A stretch of DNA of 63,737 nt, counting the filler, from Phoronis australis (taxonomy: Eukaryota > Animalia > Phoronida), in the NCBI GenBank assembly GCA_002633005.1. It is 10 parts of 10 records of this genome, joined end to end, with 100 filler letters (N's around TTAATTAATTAA, not from the genome) between each part and the next. Parts side by side here need not be neighbours in the genome. Positions count along the whole stretch, not along the records: positions 1 to 3,625 come from NMRA01001857.1; positions 3,726 to 22,654 come from NMRA01000934.1; 8 more parts are not named here. One strand, given 5' to 3'. Position 1 is the first letter of the stretch, and each line of letters starts with the position of its first letter. Both the position numbers and the translations under genes were made by a program. This document shows positions 1 to 14,099 of the stretch, piece by piece. Below the pieces are notes generated by a model. The model was not told where the DNA came from, made no database searches, and was given only the letters and a program-made list of their open reading frames with translations.

Positions 1-142
1 ACGGTTATTACATTTCAGCAAGGAGGTCCACATTCTCAGAAGTCCATGCCCTCCTCCATTTCAGGCTAGGTGCGCGCATGCAGTCGTGCTTTACGCGATT
101 GTCCGAGACAAAGTGTTGCCCCCCCCCCCTTATGGTATCTTA

Positions 143-544
143 AGTCCCGTTTAGACATCAACTTTTGATCCAGCGCAACCGACACGGAACAACTTGATCG
201 GCGCAATTTCATTAACTGTGGCAAGACGGAAGTTGTACGCTGGAGAGTGGAACGCACATGCGCAGGCTTTTTAAATAGCGCGAGTTGCAGAGACAGAGAG
301 CCAGTATGTAGGTCATTGCACAAGCGCAGTAAAGATGATCCTTTCCGCCTTGCCCCAGTTTCGCCTTGAGACACATAATTGACACCGAACAAGATGTTCG
401 AGCGCAAATTGCCCCACCTCAAAAACGGGTGGCAAAACTTGTCACCGCGGTGTCAATTTGCTTCGTGTCAGTCCCGTTTACACACTGAAACATCTCGTTC
501 CGTGTGAGCTGATCCGTGTCAACTTTTGTAGTGTAAACGGCACT
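143..544. mobile_element. PIF/Harbinger-like MITE
   Basis: Termini AGTCCCGTTTAGAC (143) and GTGTAAACGGCACT (531-544) are 12/14 inverted matches. Flanked by TTA / CTA (3-bp TWA-type TSD, one mismatch). Internal TIR copy at ~470. No coding capacity. Confidence 0.55.
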
Positions 545-1384
545 CTAGATCCGTCACTGTTACGACATAATACATGACATCAACGTCTTGTTTTACTCTT
601 GTCACATAGCTCGTCGTACACCCGCCAGGCAAAGTAGATTCCGATAAACGTAATTATGAGAGCAATCCACTTTCACTCCACTAATCTGGGTACTAAGAAT
701 TTAAAATGTGACTTTCAGCATTTTCTTATAGCACTTCGTGTGTCAATGCTTTCTTTTATTCTCAGAAGATTTACCAGGGTCTTGCGAAAATATGTTGCCC
801 CTTACATTGTCCGTCCGGCAGCCATGATTTTTATTGGCGCTTTTTATTGCCCATGTTACCAGAGATCATGACAGTGTTTTCCGGTTCAGTGACTTTACCA
901 GACGTAGGGGGTTCTGAACGACATCAAAGGTTATGAACACCACTTTGATACCATGCAGTAACCATTTTGACACAAATCTTTATAAAAACACAGAGTGCCA
1001 GAAATCACTATCTTACGCTGTGCTCATCTAATGAATAAACACTGTCAACAATATCGTGGCTAGCATGCAGAAGGCCCACACTGGTAATCTAATGCATCAT
1101 GGCCAATCGAACACTGCTGTTTTACGAGTGTAACCAGAAATAAGGCTCTGATTAAAGCTTGAATGAAACGAACTTGCAAGATACTATAAACTGAAAATGA
1201 GACAGGAAGAGAGTTTGTAAGGTTTACCAACATGCATCTTATGTGAAAACTGATTTACTGTAGTGTGTCCTCATCTGAATTTTGCAGACCGTACCACATC
1301 AGTTCACTCATAGAATATGCTATGGGGACATGCTAGAACATAACTCCTGACCATTGATAAGTAAATGTGAGTTGTTGTATATAC

Positions 1385-1459
1385 CTGAGCTTGTGACTCT
1401 CTATCTGATGTGTCAGGCAACGGCTTGTACCCCTTGTCTGAATGAACAAGTGTTGAGGT
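1385..1459 (-). CDS. Candidate internal exon of an unidentified gene (TSTLVHSDKGYKPLPDTSDRESQAQ)
   Basis: Minus strand: ctacatttcAG|acc...cag|GTatat. 75 nt, phase 0-0, open. Phase-compatible with exon 2816-2898. Confidence 0.45.
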
Positions 1460-2385
1460 CTGAAATGTAGTAAAGCTTTCAGTTAAATTCAGTGAACTCA
1501 ATATGATTAAAAACGCAGTATCGCTACTCTAAATCAGATCAACTTTGTAATCCAGTTCATGATTTTATGAGAAAAATGTTTAAAAAATGTCACCAATAGC
1601 TGTTAATTCTTATGCACTTTCACCACTCAAATCCACAAAATATCATTCATTGACCTAATTTATACAGTAGAGTTTGCTAAAGTCAAATCCAACAGCACCG
1701 AGAGACGTGGTCTAAGTTAGGCGAAATCCGACTTGTTTGAAGACTTTCCCAACAGCTTTGACCTAGTTTATGCAGTGATCAGAGGTCATGCTCTAATTAG
1801 TTTCACATCTTGGGGTACTTATAGTTTTTAATAAATATTTGGTAACTGCACTTGTCATTGTTTTTTCTAACAATTTTTTAAATCAATGCCACTGTGAGAA
1901 ACCGAAATGTAATGCTTAAAGTTTGCCAACAATTACCAGAAAAAAGCAGGAGCTCTCAATTAATCTTCACAATCTTTTGTCTGAGCCAAAGCATTCACCA
2001 TGTGCACGCTCATGAATTTTACAGTTCAATCCGTGACACAAATACATAAGTCAAGTACAGTGTAAATGCCCATTGTACGCATCGCGAAACACATCCTGCT
2101 GATGAGTCAAGGCTCCAAGTGCACTGTTATGGCTCAAGCAATCTGCCAACTAGAGGTAAACTTATAGTCATATGTTCGGTGTTTTTGGGAAGAGAAAAAA
2201 GTGACATGATGGCTTTGGGCTTAAGTGAGGTGAAAAGGGGTAATTTTAGTCCGAGATGAAAAAAGACCAGACTTACAAATTGTGAGCTTTATTAAGGAAC
2301 AAATGTTAGATTTATATCACAGAACTTTGTCTGAGATGAGTGAAAATTTCACTGACAGTCTGGGTGAGTTATACTGAAAATAACA

Positions 2386-2807
2386 TTGCAAAACTCTGCA
2401 TATTGTGCAATTATAAAATTTCTTATTAACTTCTAGACAATCTTCAATAACCAATGCTCATGTATCCAGAGAACAACTTGAAACAAAATGCATAATAAGG
2501 AATTCATAGAACTACCTAACACCATTTGAAAAATCTTAGCTTGGTCAAATCAAGCTCTAAAATAGGGGTAAGGATGTTATAAATATACCAAAGNTTGCAA
2601 AACTCTGCATATTGTGCAATTATAAAATTTCTTATTAACTTCTAGATAATCTTCAATAACCAATGCTCATGTATCCAGAGAACAACTTGAAACAAAATGC
2701 ATAACAAGGAATTCATAGAACTACCTAACTTAACACCATTTGAAAAATCTTAGCTTGGTCAAATCAAGCTCTAAAATAGGGGTAAGGATGTTATAAATAT
2801 ACCAAAG
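2386..2807. repeat. ~210-bp direct duplication split by a single n (probable allelic-overlap assembly artefact)
   Basis: 2386-2593 and 2595-2807 are near-identical (a few SNPs, one 4-bp indel) and abut at n2594. Confidence 0.85.
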
Positions 2808-2815
2808 GAACTTAC

Positions 2816-2898
2816 CACATCTGGTGATGGCGATGCTTCTTCATCAACCCAGTTTTTGCAGAGGTCAGATAACTTTTTCCGACATGTAGGACATATGA
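2816..2898 (-). CDS. Candidate exon with CxxC motif (ICPTCRKKLSDLCKNWVDEEASPSPDV)
   Basis: Minus strand: tttgtcactttcAG|tc ata tgt...gtg|GTAAGT. Strong splice sites, phase 1 in / phase 0 out, open frame. Confidence 0.5.
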
Positions 2899-3625
2899 CT
2901 GAAAGTGACAAAAATTATACATAAAATGTGTCTGATTATCTTTTTTCTTGATGCTGACAAGGAATTTCTGACTAGTTCTGTCACAATTGGCTAGCAATGA
3001 ACATAACCTCCCATCACCCTCCCCCCATCCTGACAAATTTTGTTTTCCGCAACCGATGTTACAAAAAACACATGACAGTTGAGTTCAAAAATCTGTTCCA
3101 CCCACAGCACAAAATCAAGCATAATATGCTTTATACTGTATTCTTTGTTGAGGCCCCGTTTAACTAAGAAGTATGTGGAGATTGAAAAATTTAGGCAAGG
3201 GCTACAGTTACGGGCACAAGGCTACAGTTACTTTTGTCATTATTTTGTTCTAGCAATGCAGATCGCCAGTTGCTGACAGTGGACTCCGGTAACCCTGCTT
3301 GATTTAACCAAAAGTTGTCATTCTTCCATTATGATGGTAATGCCAATATTTTGAAGATACTGAATGAAAAAGTTCTTGTACATTATAATTTGAGCTTGTT
3401 CTATGCATTCAATGCATTCTGAATGACTTTGAAAACAACAAGACAAAAACTTTGCTTCTTCAGCCATGGCCCTCCCCCCTCAAATTCTCCCAGATTCCAT
3501 TTGGCAGTTTGGGGGTGCGAATGTCTAACGGGTAAAATCATGTCTAATACTCTGCCCTGCCTAGCTGTTATGTTCCTGATTTTCAATAGAATTGCAAAGT
3601 TCAAAACAACCTTACATGGCACTGG

Positions 3626-3725
3626 NNNNNNNNNNNNNNNNNNNNNNNNNNNNNNNNNNNNNNNNNNNNTTAATTAATTAANNNNNNNNNNNNNNNNNNN
3701 NNNNNNNNNNNNNNNNNNNNNNNNN
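3626..3725. other. Artificial assembly gap spacer (N44-TTAATTAATTAA-N44); also at 22655, 25493, 42262, 47664, 50551, 53318, 57151, 61278
   Basis: Identical 100-nt structure occurs nine times. The palindromic linker has TAA stops in all six frames. Confidence 0.97.
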
Positions 3726-5675
3726 TGTAATTTATTGTCTGACTCTTTACAAGTTTGTCAGCATTACTCTATTCATCCTTCCAGAACCAACAAAGTACTA
3801 CTGCTGTGTTATGCGCTACAACTCCCACGAGAAAAAGTTTGATAAACTGGACAAGTACCAGTGGATGCGTGATCTGAAATTCTTATTTCTAAAACTAGGT
3901 CACGCGCTTTCTTATCTCCGAGACAAAGGAGAGTTCTATTGCTGTGTAATCCGGGACAGCCCTATTACAAGGTGATTTTCGCGGTGCCATAGACAAAAGC
4001 AAGCCAATACAACTAACAGTTTGTTACATTTGACAATTTCTGGCACTAGTGGGCTCATAGTGGTGCTTTTAACATACTGTAGGAACCAAAGTTACAACTG
4101 TTACCATTCGAGACAGGCTTAAAGCCATATTCTCTGAACTTCAGGTCTGTAGACTTACGACTTCGGGAGTCATACTACGTAAACAACATTAAAAAGCACC
4201 CACGTTCACGTCAACCCCAGAAACCCGAATTTCCTGACATACAGAGTTGACCACTCATGTTTGAGTGGTTAAACTCGCACTGACCGCAGTCCCCCTCAGA
4301 CACTGACCCTAATTTTCACGATAATTCTGAGCAGGCAAGTGGACTTAAGTGAGCACCAAATGCCCCTGGAACAAGAACAGAAGGGAGTTGGTAGGCTGCA
4401 TCTACTATCCTATATAACGCAGTAAGTCAATAACTGATGTTGAAAACATGCTAACAACGCACACTTCCCATGAAAATCTTGGCAACATCATACCACTATA
4501 TTTCTAATCAAATACAACTCATATATAATGCTTGAAACCTTCACTATTGTTGGCATTCACACAAGAGTATTAATAAATTTAATGTTTAACCTTTTCAGTT
4601 TTCTTTGACAACCCACAAATTGCATTTATTTCGTTTAACAGACACATTCATTAAGTTGCAAAATTTTTAGGACAAACAAATTTCGTCAACTTAGGTATGT
4701 CATGTCAGGTTCTACGGAAAGTCGCTTTATTGTCAGTCAGATACATTTGATGCCAAACAGCAGAAGTGATTCACTTTTAGTGTTTTAGAACTCATGAAAT
4801 TTTCTTCATGTTATCTATCGGCCTTAATGGGGACTTATTTTTGCCACTGCGATCGCTAGAACCGAGTGTTGTTACAATGGTCATCTTCCCACGCATTTGT
4901 TATGGACTGTGATTGTTTATCAAAGTTTATTACAGGTCAATATGTGCATGACTGGTTGATGCACTGATAACAGACTCCAGCAACAACAAACTGTTAGTTC
5001 TGAGCGAGCCGAGAAACCACTTCCCATCCAAGTCAGTGCTCAAAACAAGCCAAAAAGCCCGCTCAAGAAAGTACATGTGACGGCATATACTGCACTCGTA
5101 TTCCCCGATTTGCATTCGTATAAAATGACAGGAAAACGCCCATCCCAATAATACGAGTGAGGTCAATTTCCTAATTGCATTAATTTCACCTTTTCTACTT
5201 GTATGTACAAGCAATCTCATAATACAATATCAAGTTTCAAAGAAATCCGTAAATCGCTAATCTTTTAATATCATTCGGAAACCCTCCTCCACCAAACAAA
5301 ACTTGTCGAGAACAAAACGGCCACTAGGAGGTACTGCAGTAGTGGTGAGCACGTGTATTGAGTTCCTAATCTCTGGAGTACAAGTTCTATCGCCAGCAAC
5401 ATGTGATTGACAGATGACTCGTACATATGCACAAGCTCAGCCCCAGAAAAAAAGGCTCAAGAATTTCTTTGCAAATCAAAACTCCTCCCGTGAAAGACAT
5501 TTGGTCGTTGTTTGGCCATATAATAGGGTTATCATTTTCAGTTTCCGCATTTTGCGTTAAAAAACGGACACTGAAACAGGCAGTTACTTGACAACATTTC
5601 CAAATCATGTTCATCTGCCCTAGTTGTGCACGCAAACAGCGAGATCGACCAGTGGTAGTGCCGCAGTAGAATATA

Positions 5676-7077
5676 CCGTATTCGCCGTAATAACCGCCCA
5701 TGCCCCTATAAGCACCCCCCACACGTTTTCAGACTTTGCTGAAATAAGTGCTAAGTCCATGAATGTGTACATGCGAACAATGACGTACCTACAGTCCTAA
5801 AACTCGGCTACAGTAACGTCTTCAATTTATCAAAAAAAATTTGCATGGGTCTTCTAGACCACCAGCGGCACTGCTACGTTTGTATTTAGCCGTGACTATA
5901 CACTTCAAAGTAACGCAGCGCTTCAAAAAGAACGCAACAGCGTCACGTGACGACCGTGTCCCATTATAGTCTCACCTTTCAGTACAGACACATCGACTGT
6001 CTATGAATAAAAAAACTCGGTGTTAAACGCATGTGGCCAGGAAGCGTGCGCTACATATATGAACCTGTCATCAAAGACATTAGTCGGGAACAATTCATTC
6101 ATGAAACGGGTAGCATAGCATCGGTAAGAAATGAATATTGGCACTGATTTCCGATAATTTCTAATACTATAAAATGCGTTTGCGTTATTTTTGAGATGAA
6201 TCGTTTGATTAACCATAATTGGTGTGTTTAAGCCGAATATCTGATAAAATGACAACTGACAGTGAATGCTTACACACCCTTACACCAGAAAGTAACTGTC
6301 AGATGGTCACGTACGCATCCAGGTACACGGCGACTAACATGGGCTTTACTGAGACAAATGTCGAACGTTTTTAACACGAGACCGGCAAGTGCTGAATGAA
6401 ACACGCTCTGGTTTAGGCCTACTGCTTGTGCAAATGCACATCTAGCTCGTTAGATTGTGTGGCTCTGGCCAAAAGACGGTCTCTGCTTCGGCAAATGAAA
6501 TCTGGTGACACGCACGCCCTCGCTTTCTCACAAACGCAGACGAACTTCAAAACAAACGTCATGAGACAACAACATGTGTGTTCGTCCAGACATTTTTCTC
6601 GCCGTGTTGCCAATCATACATGTAGATGGCAGGATGTTGCACAGATTTGTACTTAAACCTGCCGTTAATCCAGACTCCACGAGAACATAAAAAATCTTAG
6701 GGACGCTACTTAGAAAACTTAATGAAGATTTCAGGTAATTTGCTTGAGTCGAAACTATTTTTATTCAAGAACTGAAGTCGCCATATCGAAGACGGCGATT
6801 TCGAGGCAGTCACTCGGCGAGTTTTCGCCCTGGGATTTCAGCACAATTTTCTGTAAAATGATCGTAATTTAGCAGCAAAGTCTGATAGCAATGCACCACA
6901 GTTTTGTTGAAAGTCTTTCACTGATTACAGATACGTCACAGAGCGTAAATTTGATGAAACTTAGCTTACGATCTCACCCGTTTCGGAGACCGGGTTTCAA
7001 CCGCCTTGGGTTATAAGAAGCGCCCCCCTGAACCGAACTTTTCTAAGCGCCCTGGGCGGTTATTACGGCGAATACCG
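5676..7077. mobile_element. Non-autonomous Tc1/mariner-pogo-like DNA transposon
   Basis: 25-bp TIR CCGTATTCGCCGTAATAACCGCCCA (5676) vs TGGGCGGTTATTACGGCGAATACCG (7053-7077), 24/25. TA on the left flank. Subterminal TAAGC(G/A)CCC repeats. Confidence 0.75.
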
Positions 7078-8194
7078 TGGTCAGTATATTGTGATTGAAT
7101 AATCAGGATATCTTACGTGAAAAACAAACACGTTTTTCTACCTCAAAGATCGGAAAGTTGATTGTTAAAGAATTAACAGAAACTGCATCACGTATTACGC
7201 TGTGGTCCGAAACTTTCTTGGGCGCACCCACGCAAAAATTTGCAAAAAGAAGTCGAAAATACTAACCAAAATCCATCAAATTTCAATTCTGCATTATTCC
7301 ATGTTCACATGACATGTTTACAAATTATCGTCAGGGCTGTTTTCTGTTTAAGTGTTCTTTTGAACTTAACTTGGCAACAACCATCGGATTCAGTCGAGTT
7401 GCTTTATGTTTACCAGTTATCTGTGAAGAAGTGTAATAACTCAGCTCACATACGTTGGAAATTTCAGATGGCATGTTGGAACTTGATATGAGCTGGCCGA
7501 AATCTCAGCTCTAAAAAATTCCAGATCGCAAATGCGACCTGCAGCTTGTTTACGTCGAGCGCTTTGACCCTTCCTCACAGTAACTGTCGAGCCTGGTGTC
7601 AATCAAAAACGAACTCAGTCTCCATTTTTTTCTAAGTCACAAAATCGTGTGAAAATTGATTAAGGAACAAGTGCAGACCAATTTCATAATTCGTAAGTGG
7701 TCCAACCAAAATCAAGTTTTGCAATGAAGGAAAAGGTTTTATTGCAGAAAGTTTAATTTCAACCAAATATATGCATAAATTTGAAAAATTAGCCAGCCCC
7801 TTAGCATATTTTTTTAAAAATTTTAATGACAAAACAAATTAAAGTTTTTCCCACTGGCTCCGAAGCTTTCGAGTTGCCGAAGCTCTGATCAATGGAACAC
7901 TTAACTTCTGCCACTGGAGTTATCAACAGGGGTCACTGCCCTGCGTATGCCAACAGCAAGCAGCAACTGATAAATATTTTGTTCTAATAATTATTACTTT
8001 GGCAGAATAAGCATTCTGTTCCTATTTATCCAAGGATTTGATGGATTCTTGACATTAAAAAAATCCCTGTATATTAAGTGTTATGGAAAACGAGTTCCCG
8101 CCACGCCATACTGCCTTTGTCTCAATCAGCTGTTATCCTGCTCAAGAGTCAATTTTTTATTGTCGTTTTCTAGTGAATCATCATAGTCTCAACA

Positions 8195-8295
8195 TGGCAA
8201 CCAACCGTGGCAACCAACCGTGGCAACCAACTGTGGCAACCAACCGTGGCAACCAACCGTGGCAACCAACCGTGGCAACCAACCGTAGCAACCGT
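8195..8295. repeat. 13-bp minisatellite (TGGCAACCAACCG) x~7
   Basis: Directly visible tandem array; gives the repeated peptides in ORFs 8083 and 8181. Confidence 0.95.
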
Positions 8296-11200
8296 CGGCT
8301 GCCTAGTGAAGTTGGTGTTCTAATTTCCATCTGAGAAGAGAGAGAGTTCCATAATTTTTTATGGCACACTGACAAAAACAACAAGGCCATATTAGCGCTG
8401 CCTTGCGATAACTTTGCTGAGCTATTTATCCAAACGTTGATGGGAACACTAACAAATAACTTAACCACAGTTAACCTTGGGTAGTAGCGAATTTAACTGT
8501 ATGGGAATGGCCCAATAAAACTAAATGTATTTATTTCTAAAAAGTAAATTCAACAAAACAAATCAAATTGTTTTACATAATGCTCATAAATAATAAAAAT
8601 CACCTCACCACAATCAAATTACTGACAAGAAGTTAAATTCATGCATTCCTTGTGTTGGCCATTCACAGATGAACAGCGAATACCTGTAGTAAAGCAATGA
8701 TTCCTTTCCTGCTCAGAACGGCACTTCTCTCTATCTGACTCCTGTACATCTCCTCCACGAGGAACCACGGAGGAAACTTCGTCACAGTACTTCGGATCGC
8801 ACATATCTAGTTGCACTGTTGTTTGACCAGTGTCAGACCTGTCTGTTGCACATATCAAGATGTGATGTTAGGGTAAGCATAATGAGGCAAAAATCAAAAT
8901 AGTCACATGAGAAAGTAATGCATTACAAGAGTGTAAGGTGTCACAAGAAACACACATGACAAAAATGAGTCATTACGTACATGTGGAAAACGCACGTCGT
9001 AGAAATAAAAGTTGTCACACGTAAGAAAGAGGTGGACTTGAAGGTAAGATTTCACGTGAATACTGCACACCACAAGGACGTCACAAGTGAATACAGCACA
9101 TACTACAAGGACAAAATACCATCTCATCTGAAAACATCATACATTACAAGGATTAAATAACATCACACGTGAAAACAACAGAAAGTGGTTTTATAACTGA
9201 AAATACGGTTAAAATGGAGACTGAACAAAAAAACAGTTGTCTCAGGTGTGTCACATTGTGTAAATAGTCCATCAAAAACACTAGATATAACGTCACAGGA
9301 GAAACGCCAATCACAAGGGGAGCTTGCCAGTGGTCAAGAATGAACTGGGTAGTTTCCTATAAAAGAAGAGTAATTAGGACCGAGACTCACTCCAACAAGC
9401 ACAGTAAAATCTCATCGATTTCAGAGAAAAATAACATCCAAAATTGCCCTTTTCCCATTTTCAAGGTCTCCTTGCGTTGTGAGTGCCCAAAAATTTTCCA
9501 AAAAATTCTCGAACAGATACCATACAAAGCTTAAACACCGTATATGTTTTGTATTAGTGTGAAAAAACAAAATGTCAGTTGTCGGCCATATTGTGTTCTA
9601 AACTAGAGATCTTACTGTAGTTGACAAACTAAGATGCAATATTTACAAAGTAATAAAAAGTACTTCCTGAAACTTCACATTAGAATAACATGACAAATAC
9701 AACAAAAACATTAAACATCAAAATGTGCTCCATACAATTTTTTAACCATTTTACACCTCCTTCATTAACTCAAGGGTAGTGTATTCAGTTCTCATAGTAA
9801 TCCTGGCCAGTAATAATCAAACACTGAAAAACACCTTCAACACCTGTTGACATTTCCAAGGCCTACTGCATAAAAGGTTTTTTCTTTAATAGCAGTAATG
9901 TCATGACTCTGCCAAGAATAAGATGGCAAAATCCAAGGCCTTTTCCAAATGGCACATATCCCTCCCACTACAGCCAAGTTCAAGATTCAGTGCCGTAATT
10001 AGCCACGCTGTGAGAGAAAAGGGGATATAGTCGGACATAACGTGCTCACACTTTGAGAACCAGTTTGATGCTCCTCCTTAGGTGGAGAAAACTGGTTCTA
10101 AAAATCCGGGCACAATATATCTATTGCCGAAAAAGAGACTGTAAACTTAACTCATTCATAATCGTAATCAACGCCATAACACATTTTGAAAAAATTACAA
10201 CAGGATTGCTATAATATCTAAGCTGAGCCTCAAAAAACTAACTCATGGCGACTATACGAGACTCATCAGCAGTCAACACTAATCTCGCCAAACAAGCACA
10301 CAACATACCAAATCGTGCAAACAATACGTACTTTATAGTTCTATGCATGCCGCCAATCAGTGCAAGTCTACAAGATGAAGAGCAACTACAAACAGGCAGC
10401 ACACTATCAGTAGATACGTACATCAAAACCATCAGTTTCAACCGGAGCGCAATCACAAATGTTGGGATAGGTTTGCTATCAGAGAACGGAGAGAGTGAAT
10501 TCTTATCCCCTTAATTAAATTCCAACCACACCGACCACTCAAAAGATTGAGGGGCCGCCATTTTGCAAGGGTTACGTTGGTAAGATCTTGAGAGTACACA
10601 CAACATTCTGTAACTAGTTCTTATGGACGTAAACCCCAGAACGCTGCACATTACAAAGAGAAGGTGTGAGATAAGTGCACATGGGCAATGTGATAAATTC
10701 TTCAGTAGCGAGTGCGTGTGTGCGAGCGAGCGTGCGTGCAAGATGGTGGACAGGACTGCCCAGAAAGCTTAACAATAGACGACATTCTTATCTGCATTTA
10801 AAAACTGCTCAGGGTCTGGAGTTGATACCAAACTGGAGATATTTATAGTGCCATAGACTCAACGCCAAACTACAGGCCTTTCACTCCAACTTAACTCTAG
10901 TAACAGAGGCGGGCTGACGTGAACTGCAGAATCGGTTGAATCTTTCACACCAGCTTCGGTAACGTGAGCAGATACCACTTATGTTATCGCGGTTTTATGA
11001 GTGGGTATATCGCAAGAGGGCGCTACGAAAATATTAAACTGATTCTTTATAAATTTGAATAATCATGCATGGCCGGATAACAAATAAAATCGAGAGCATA
11101 TACACGCCCACATAAACACCCATGCCCCACTTTTGAATATTGTATTAAGGCACCAATGCTATTCAATCCATCAGCCAAATGCAAACTTGCATTGTTCGAT

Positions 11201-11761
11201 TCCAACACACCGCTCATATTTAACAACACTCCCCAAAACACTGACCCAATGACCCCGGCATGAAGACACTAATGAGACTCATTTTGGCCCGACATGATGA
11301 AGGCCACCATACACAAGGTACAACAAAGACAAACACCCAACTATGCATGGTGGCATAGCTAAATAGCTCGTTCACGTCAGCCAACACCTACAAGAGAAAT
11401 TATTGAACGAGAGCGCTCGGAGGAGCGACACTTGGCGGAACTAATCGAAAAGACGACGATGAGGGAGACGACGACAATCAAGACGATCACGGCGGCAATT
11501 ATGAATAAGACGATAACATTCATGTGACTAGCGAAGAAATCAAATAGAGAGCAGACAATCAACTACAATAGAGAACAATAGATGGCCCAGGACGAGTCAT
11601 GTCTGTTCCCACATTCTAAAATAGGTGGCGCTATGTGACAGTCTGCAAAGCAAAGTTATGTTTACAATAAGTATTTGCCCTGGAATTGTACAGTCTACAG
11701 AGAGCTATGCCACAGTAGGACACTGCTGGCTGGGTCAGGCTGGGTCAACTAGGCATAACCA

Positions 11762-12630
11762 AAACAAAGCCAGCCACCTGCGCGCTTGCACAGGAACAAC
11801 GGTATCCGAAAATCTCGAATAATTCGAAAAGTAGACGTCGTAGCGCAAAATGGAAAATATCTTCTGAAAGCCCGTTCAAATCTCTATCTAAAGTGGTAGT
11901 TTGGCAAAAATCCAAAAAATTTTCGAGAAAATTGAAAATTTGCCGTTTTTTTTTTGAAATTCAAAGTCAAATAACTCGAAAACGGTAAGTCTGAGAAATA
12001 CGCTCTCGCAGACTTTTTGAAAGGCCATACTTCAAGGAATCCACATGCAAAAATTCACGTCATTTGCTCTTCCCATAAAAAATGCGACACGAGAGCGATT
12101 GAAACCGTGTGAACATGCACTTCAGCCGCCATCTTGAAAGTGACTTCCGGTTCAATAATTTTATATAAAAGCTTATTAACTTCAACAAACACGTGACCAG
12201 TTTGAAAGTGATTGGTTTGCAAATGCGCCCTCTACAGGAGAAAACGTTTTTAGCCATATTTCGGGGTGCGCATGCGCCACGTCCAATATTTCCGCCATCT
12301 TTAACCGGAAGTCGAAGATTTTCTGCACAGTTGTAGCATATGGGTTTTAGTATAATCGTACTGATTTTGAGCCATGTACGTCGAAAAATGCGGCCTCTAC
12401 GAGTATTTGACTGTAAAATCGGATACAAAATGGCCGCCACGTCCGCCATTTTGTATCTGATCATGACTAAAAACAATAGCGTTCCAGTACATCCCAATCT
12501 ACATGTTCTGTGCAAATTTTGTGAAAATCAGACGAAAATTGCGACCTGTAGAGTGCGAACAAAAAAAAAAAAAAACTTGACGACAGAGCAACATACTTGT
12601 CGGAATTCGAAGAATTCCGCCAAGTAATAA
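11762..12630 (+). mobile_element. HINE/Helentron-associated-like non-autonomous element with 3' hairpin
   Basis: Starts AAACAAAG... and ends in palindrome ACTTGTCGGAATTC-GAA-GAATTCCGCCAAGT followed by AATAA. The same 3' end occurs inverted at ~50498-50550. Confidence 0.5.
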
Positions 12631-12936
12631 AATAAGCAGCAATAGCAGAGGGAGACACATCTACTGCACCTCGATTTAGGCCTTACATGATGCCGTCTAG
12701 GGTGCACCAGGTACAAGCAGCTTAAGATACTATGTTGGATGCTAAGTGGGTGGAGCCATCTAAGAAGGATAGACTAGAGAAGGATAAATACCAGTGATCA
12801 ACAGTATGGTCTTAGTAAGGACAGCACTTACCATCCAGTGAACTAGGATCTGGAACTAAACAAGCATAGAGTGATTGCTCACTAATTAAGAGTTGTATTT
12901 AGACGACACTTAACCCAACTGTCATTCATTACACAG

Positions 12937-14040
12937 AACAAGGGCAAGGCACAGCATTGAAATGCACACACGATAGCACCACCGCAAATGGTGTACTTCT
13001 ACAGGTGTTTTTGTATCATAGAAATGGCCATTAGATGGAACAGAATATGTCAAACCCATCCAGACTGGGAAGGCGTTCTGATACAAAACTATTTGCTCAA
13101 TTTCATGAAAATAAACCATGGAACTCCAAATGTAAAAAAATAAAATTGACACCAGGGGGCACAGCTACTATCCTTCCAGTGGTTTGTCAGATAGAGGGGC
13201 TGACGTCAAAAAATATGTCAACATTTTTAAATGGCCACCAGATGGGACAGAAAACATCTAATCTGTCTGAACACGGGACAACATTGTCATCTCCTAAACA
13301 GAAACTTTCTTACCAAATTTCATGAAAATACATAACATGAACTACGAAGATACAGAGGCAAATGCTAAAAAACATTTTGCCACTAGGGAGGAAGGACACT
13401 AGTATTCAGATCAGTTCGGCACTCATTACCATTTGTCACCAGCTCCATACAAGGAACACATCTTTCAAATTTCACGATTCAAAAGATTAAGAAGATTCAG
13501 CCGGAGACGCAAAAAAAAACGCCACTACAGGCAACACAACAGTCGGATCCATCCGAGAAAGTTAAGATTAGTTGCGGCCTTCTCATCAGGAAAGCATTAA
13601 ATTTTCATAATGATACCTTGAGCAATTTAGCAGACAAAGAGGCAGACGTCAGAAAACAGACACAAAAGTACCACAAATGGCCACAAGGTAGCGTAAAATA
13701 CATCAAATCGGTATGAAAATAGAATGGCATTGTTGCCTTCTTGATAAAAACTTATTTGCCAAATTTCATGAAAATCCATCAACAAGCTCTGAAGGTACAC
13801 AATAAAGAAAACTAAAATAGTCACTAGGGGATACAGCCGACTAGTGGAATCAGTCCAAAACTCGTCAGTCATCTGCTGTCAGTTTCATAGGAACACATCT
13901 TTCAAATTTCACTAAGCTCTTTCAAAAGGTTAATGAGAATCCGTGGCAGACACCAAAAAATTGCCAAAGGGGGCCTAATCAGACTGATCAGCATCAGTCA
14001 TCTCCTTCTCATCAAAAACACATCATTCTGTCAATTCTCA
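12937..14040 (+). mobile_element. HINE-like element copy A (decayed)
   Basis: 5' end AACAAGGG...GCATTGAAATGC shared with copy B at 14100. Internal ~150-bp subrepeats with CCACTAG/CCACCAG motifs. 3' boundary approximate. Confidence 0.55.
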
Positions 14041-14099
14041 TAATAATCCTTTGAGTGCTTTGGCAGAGCGGGGTGGCGCCAGAAGACTAATGCAAAAAT

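Noticed and set aside
3626-3725. Recurrent palindrome TTAATTAATTAA inside N runs as a biological motif
   Set aside because: Identical position in all nine 100-nt gaps; an artificial six-frame stop linker.
8083-8468. ORFs with repeated peptides (ATNRGNQPWQPTV)
   Set aside because: Translation of a 13-bp minisatellite; no splice or homology support.
8684-8843. Possible minus-strand exon
   Set aside because: Open frame, but weak splice sites and no phase-linked neighbour or motif.
12060-12716. Cluster of overlapping ORFs
   Set aside because: Lies within a non-coding HINE-like repeat; peptides are compositionally random.
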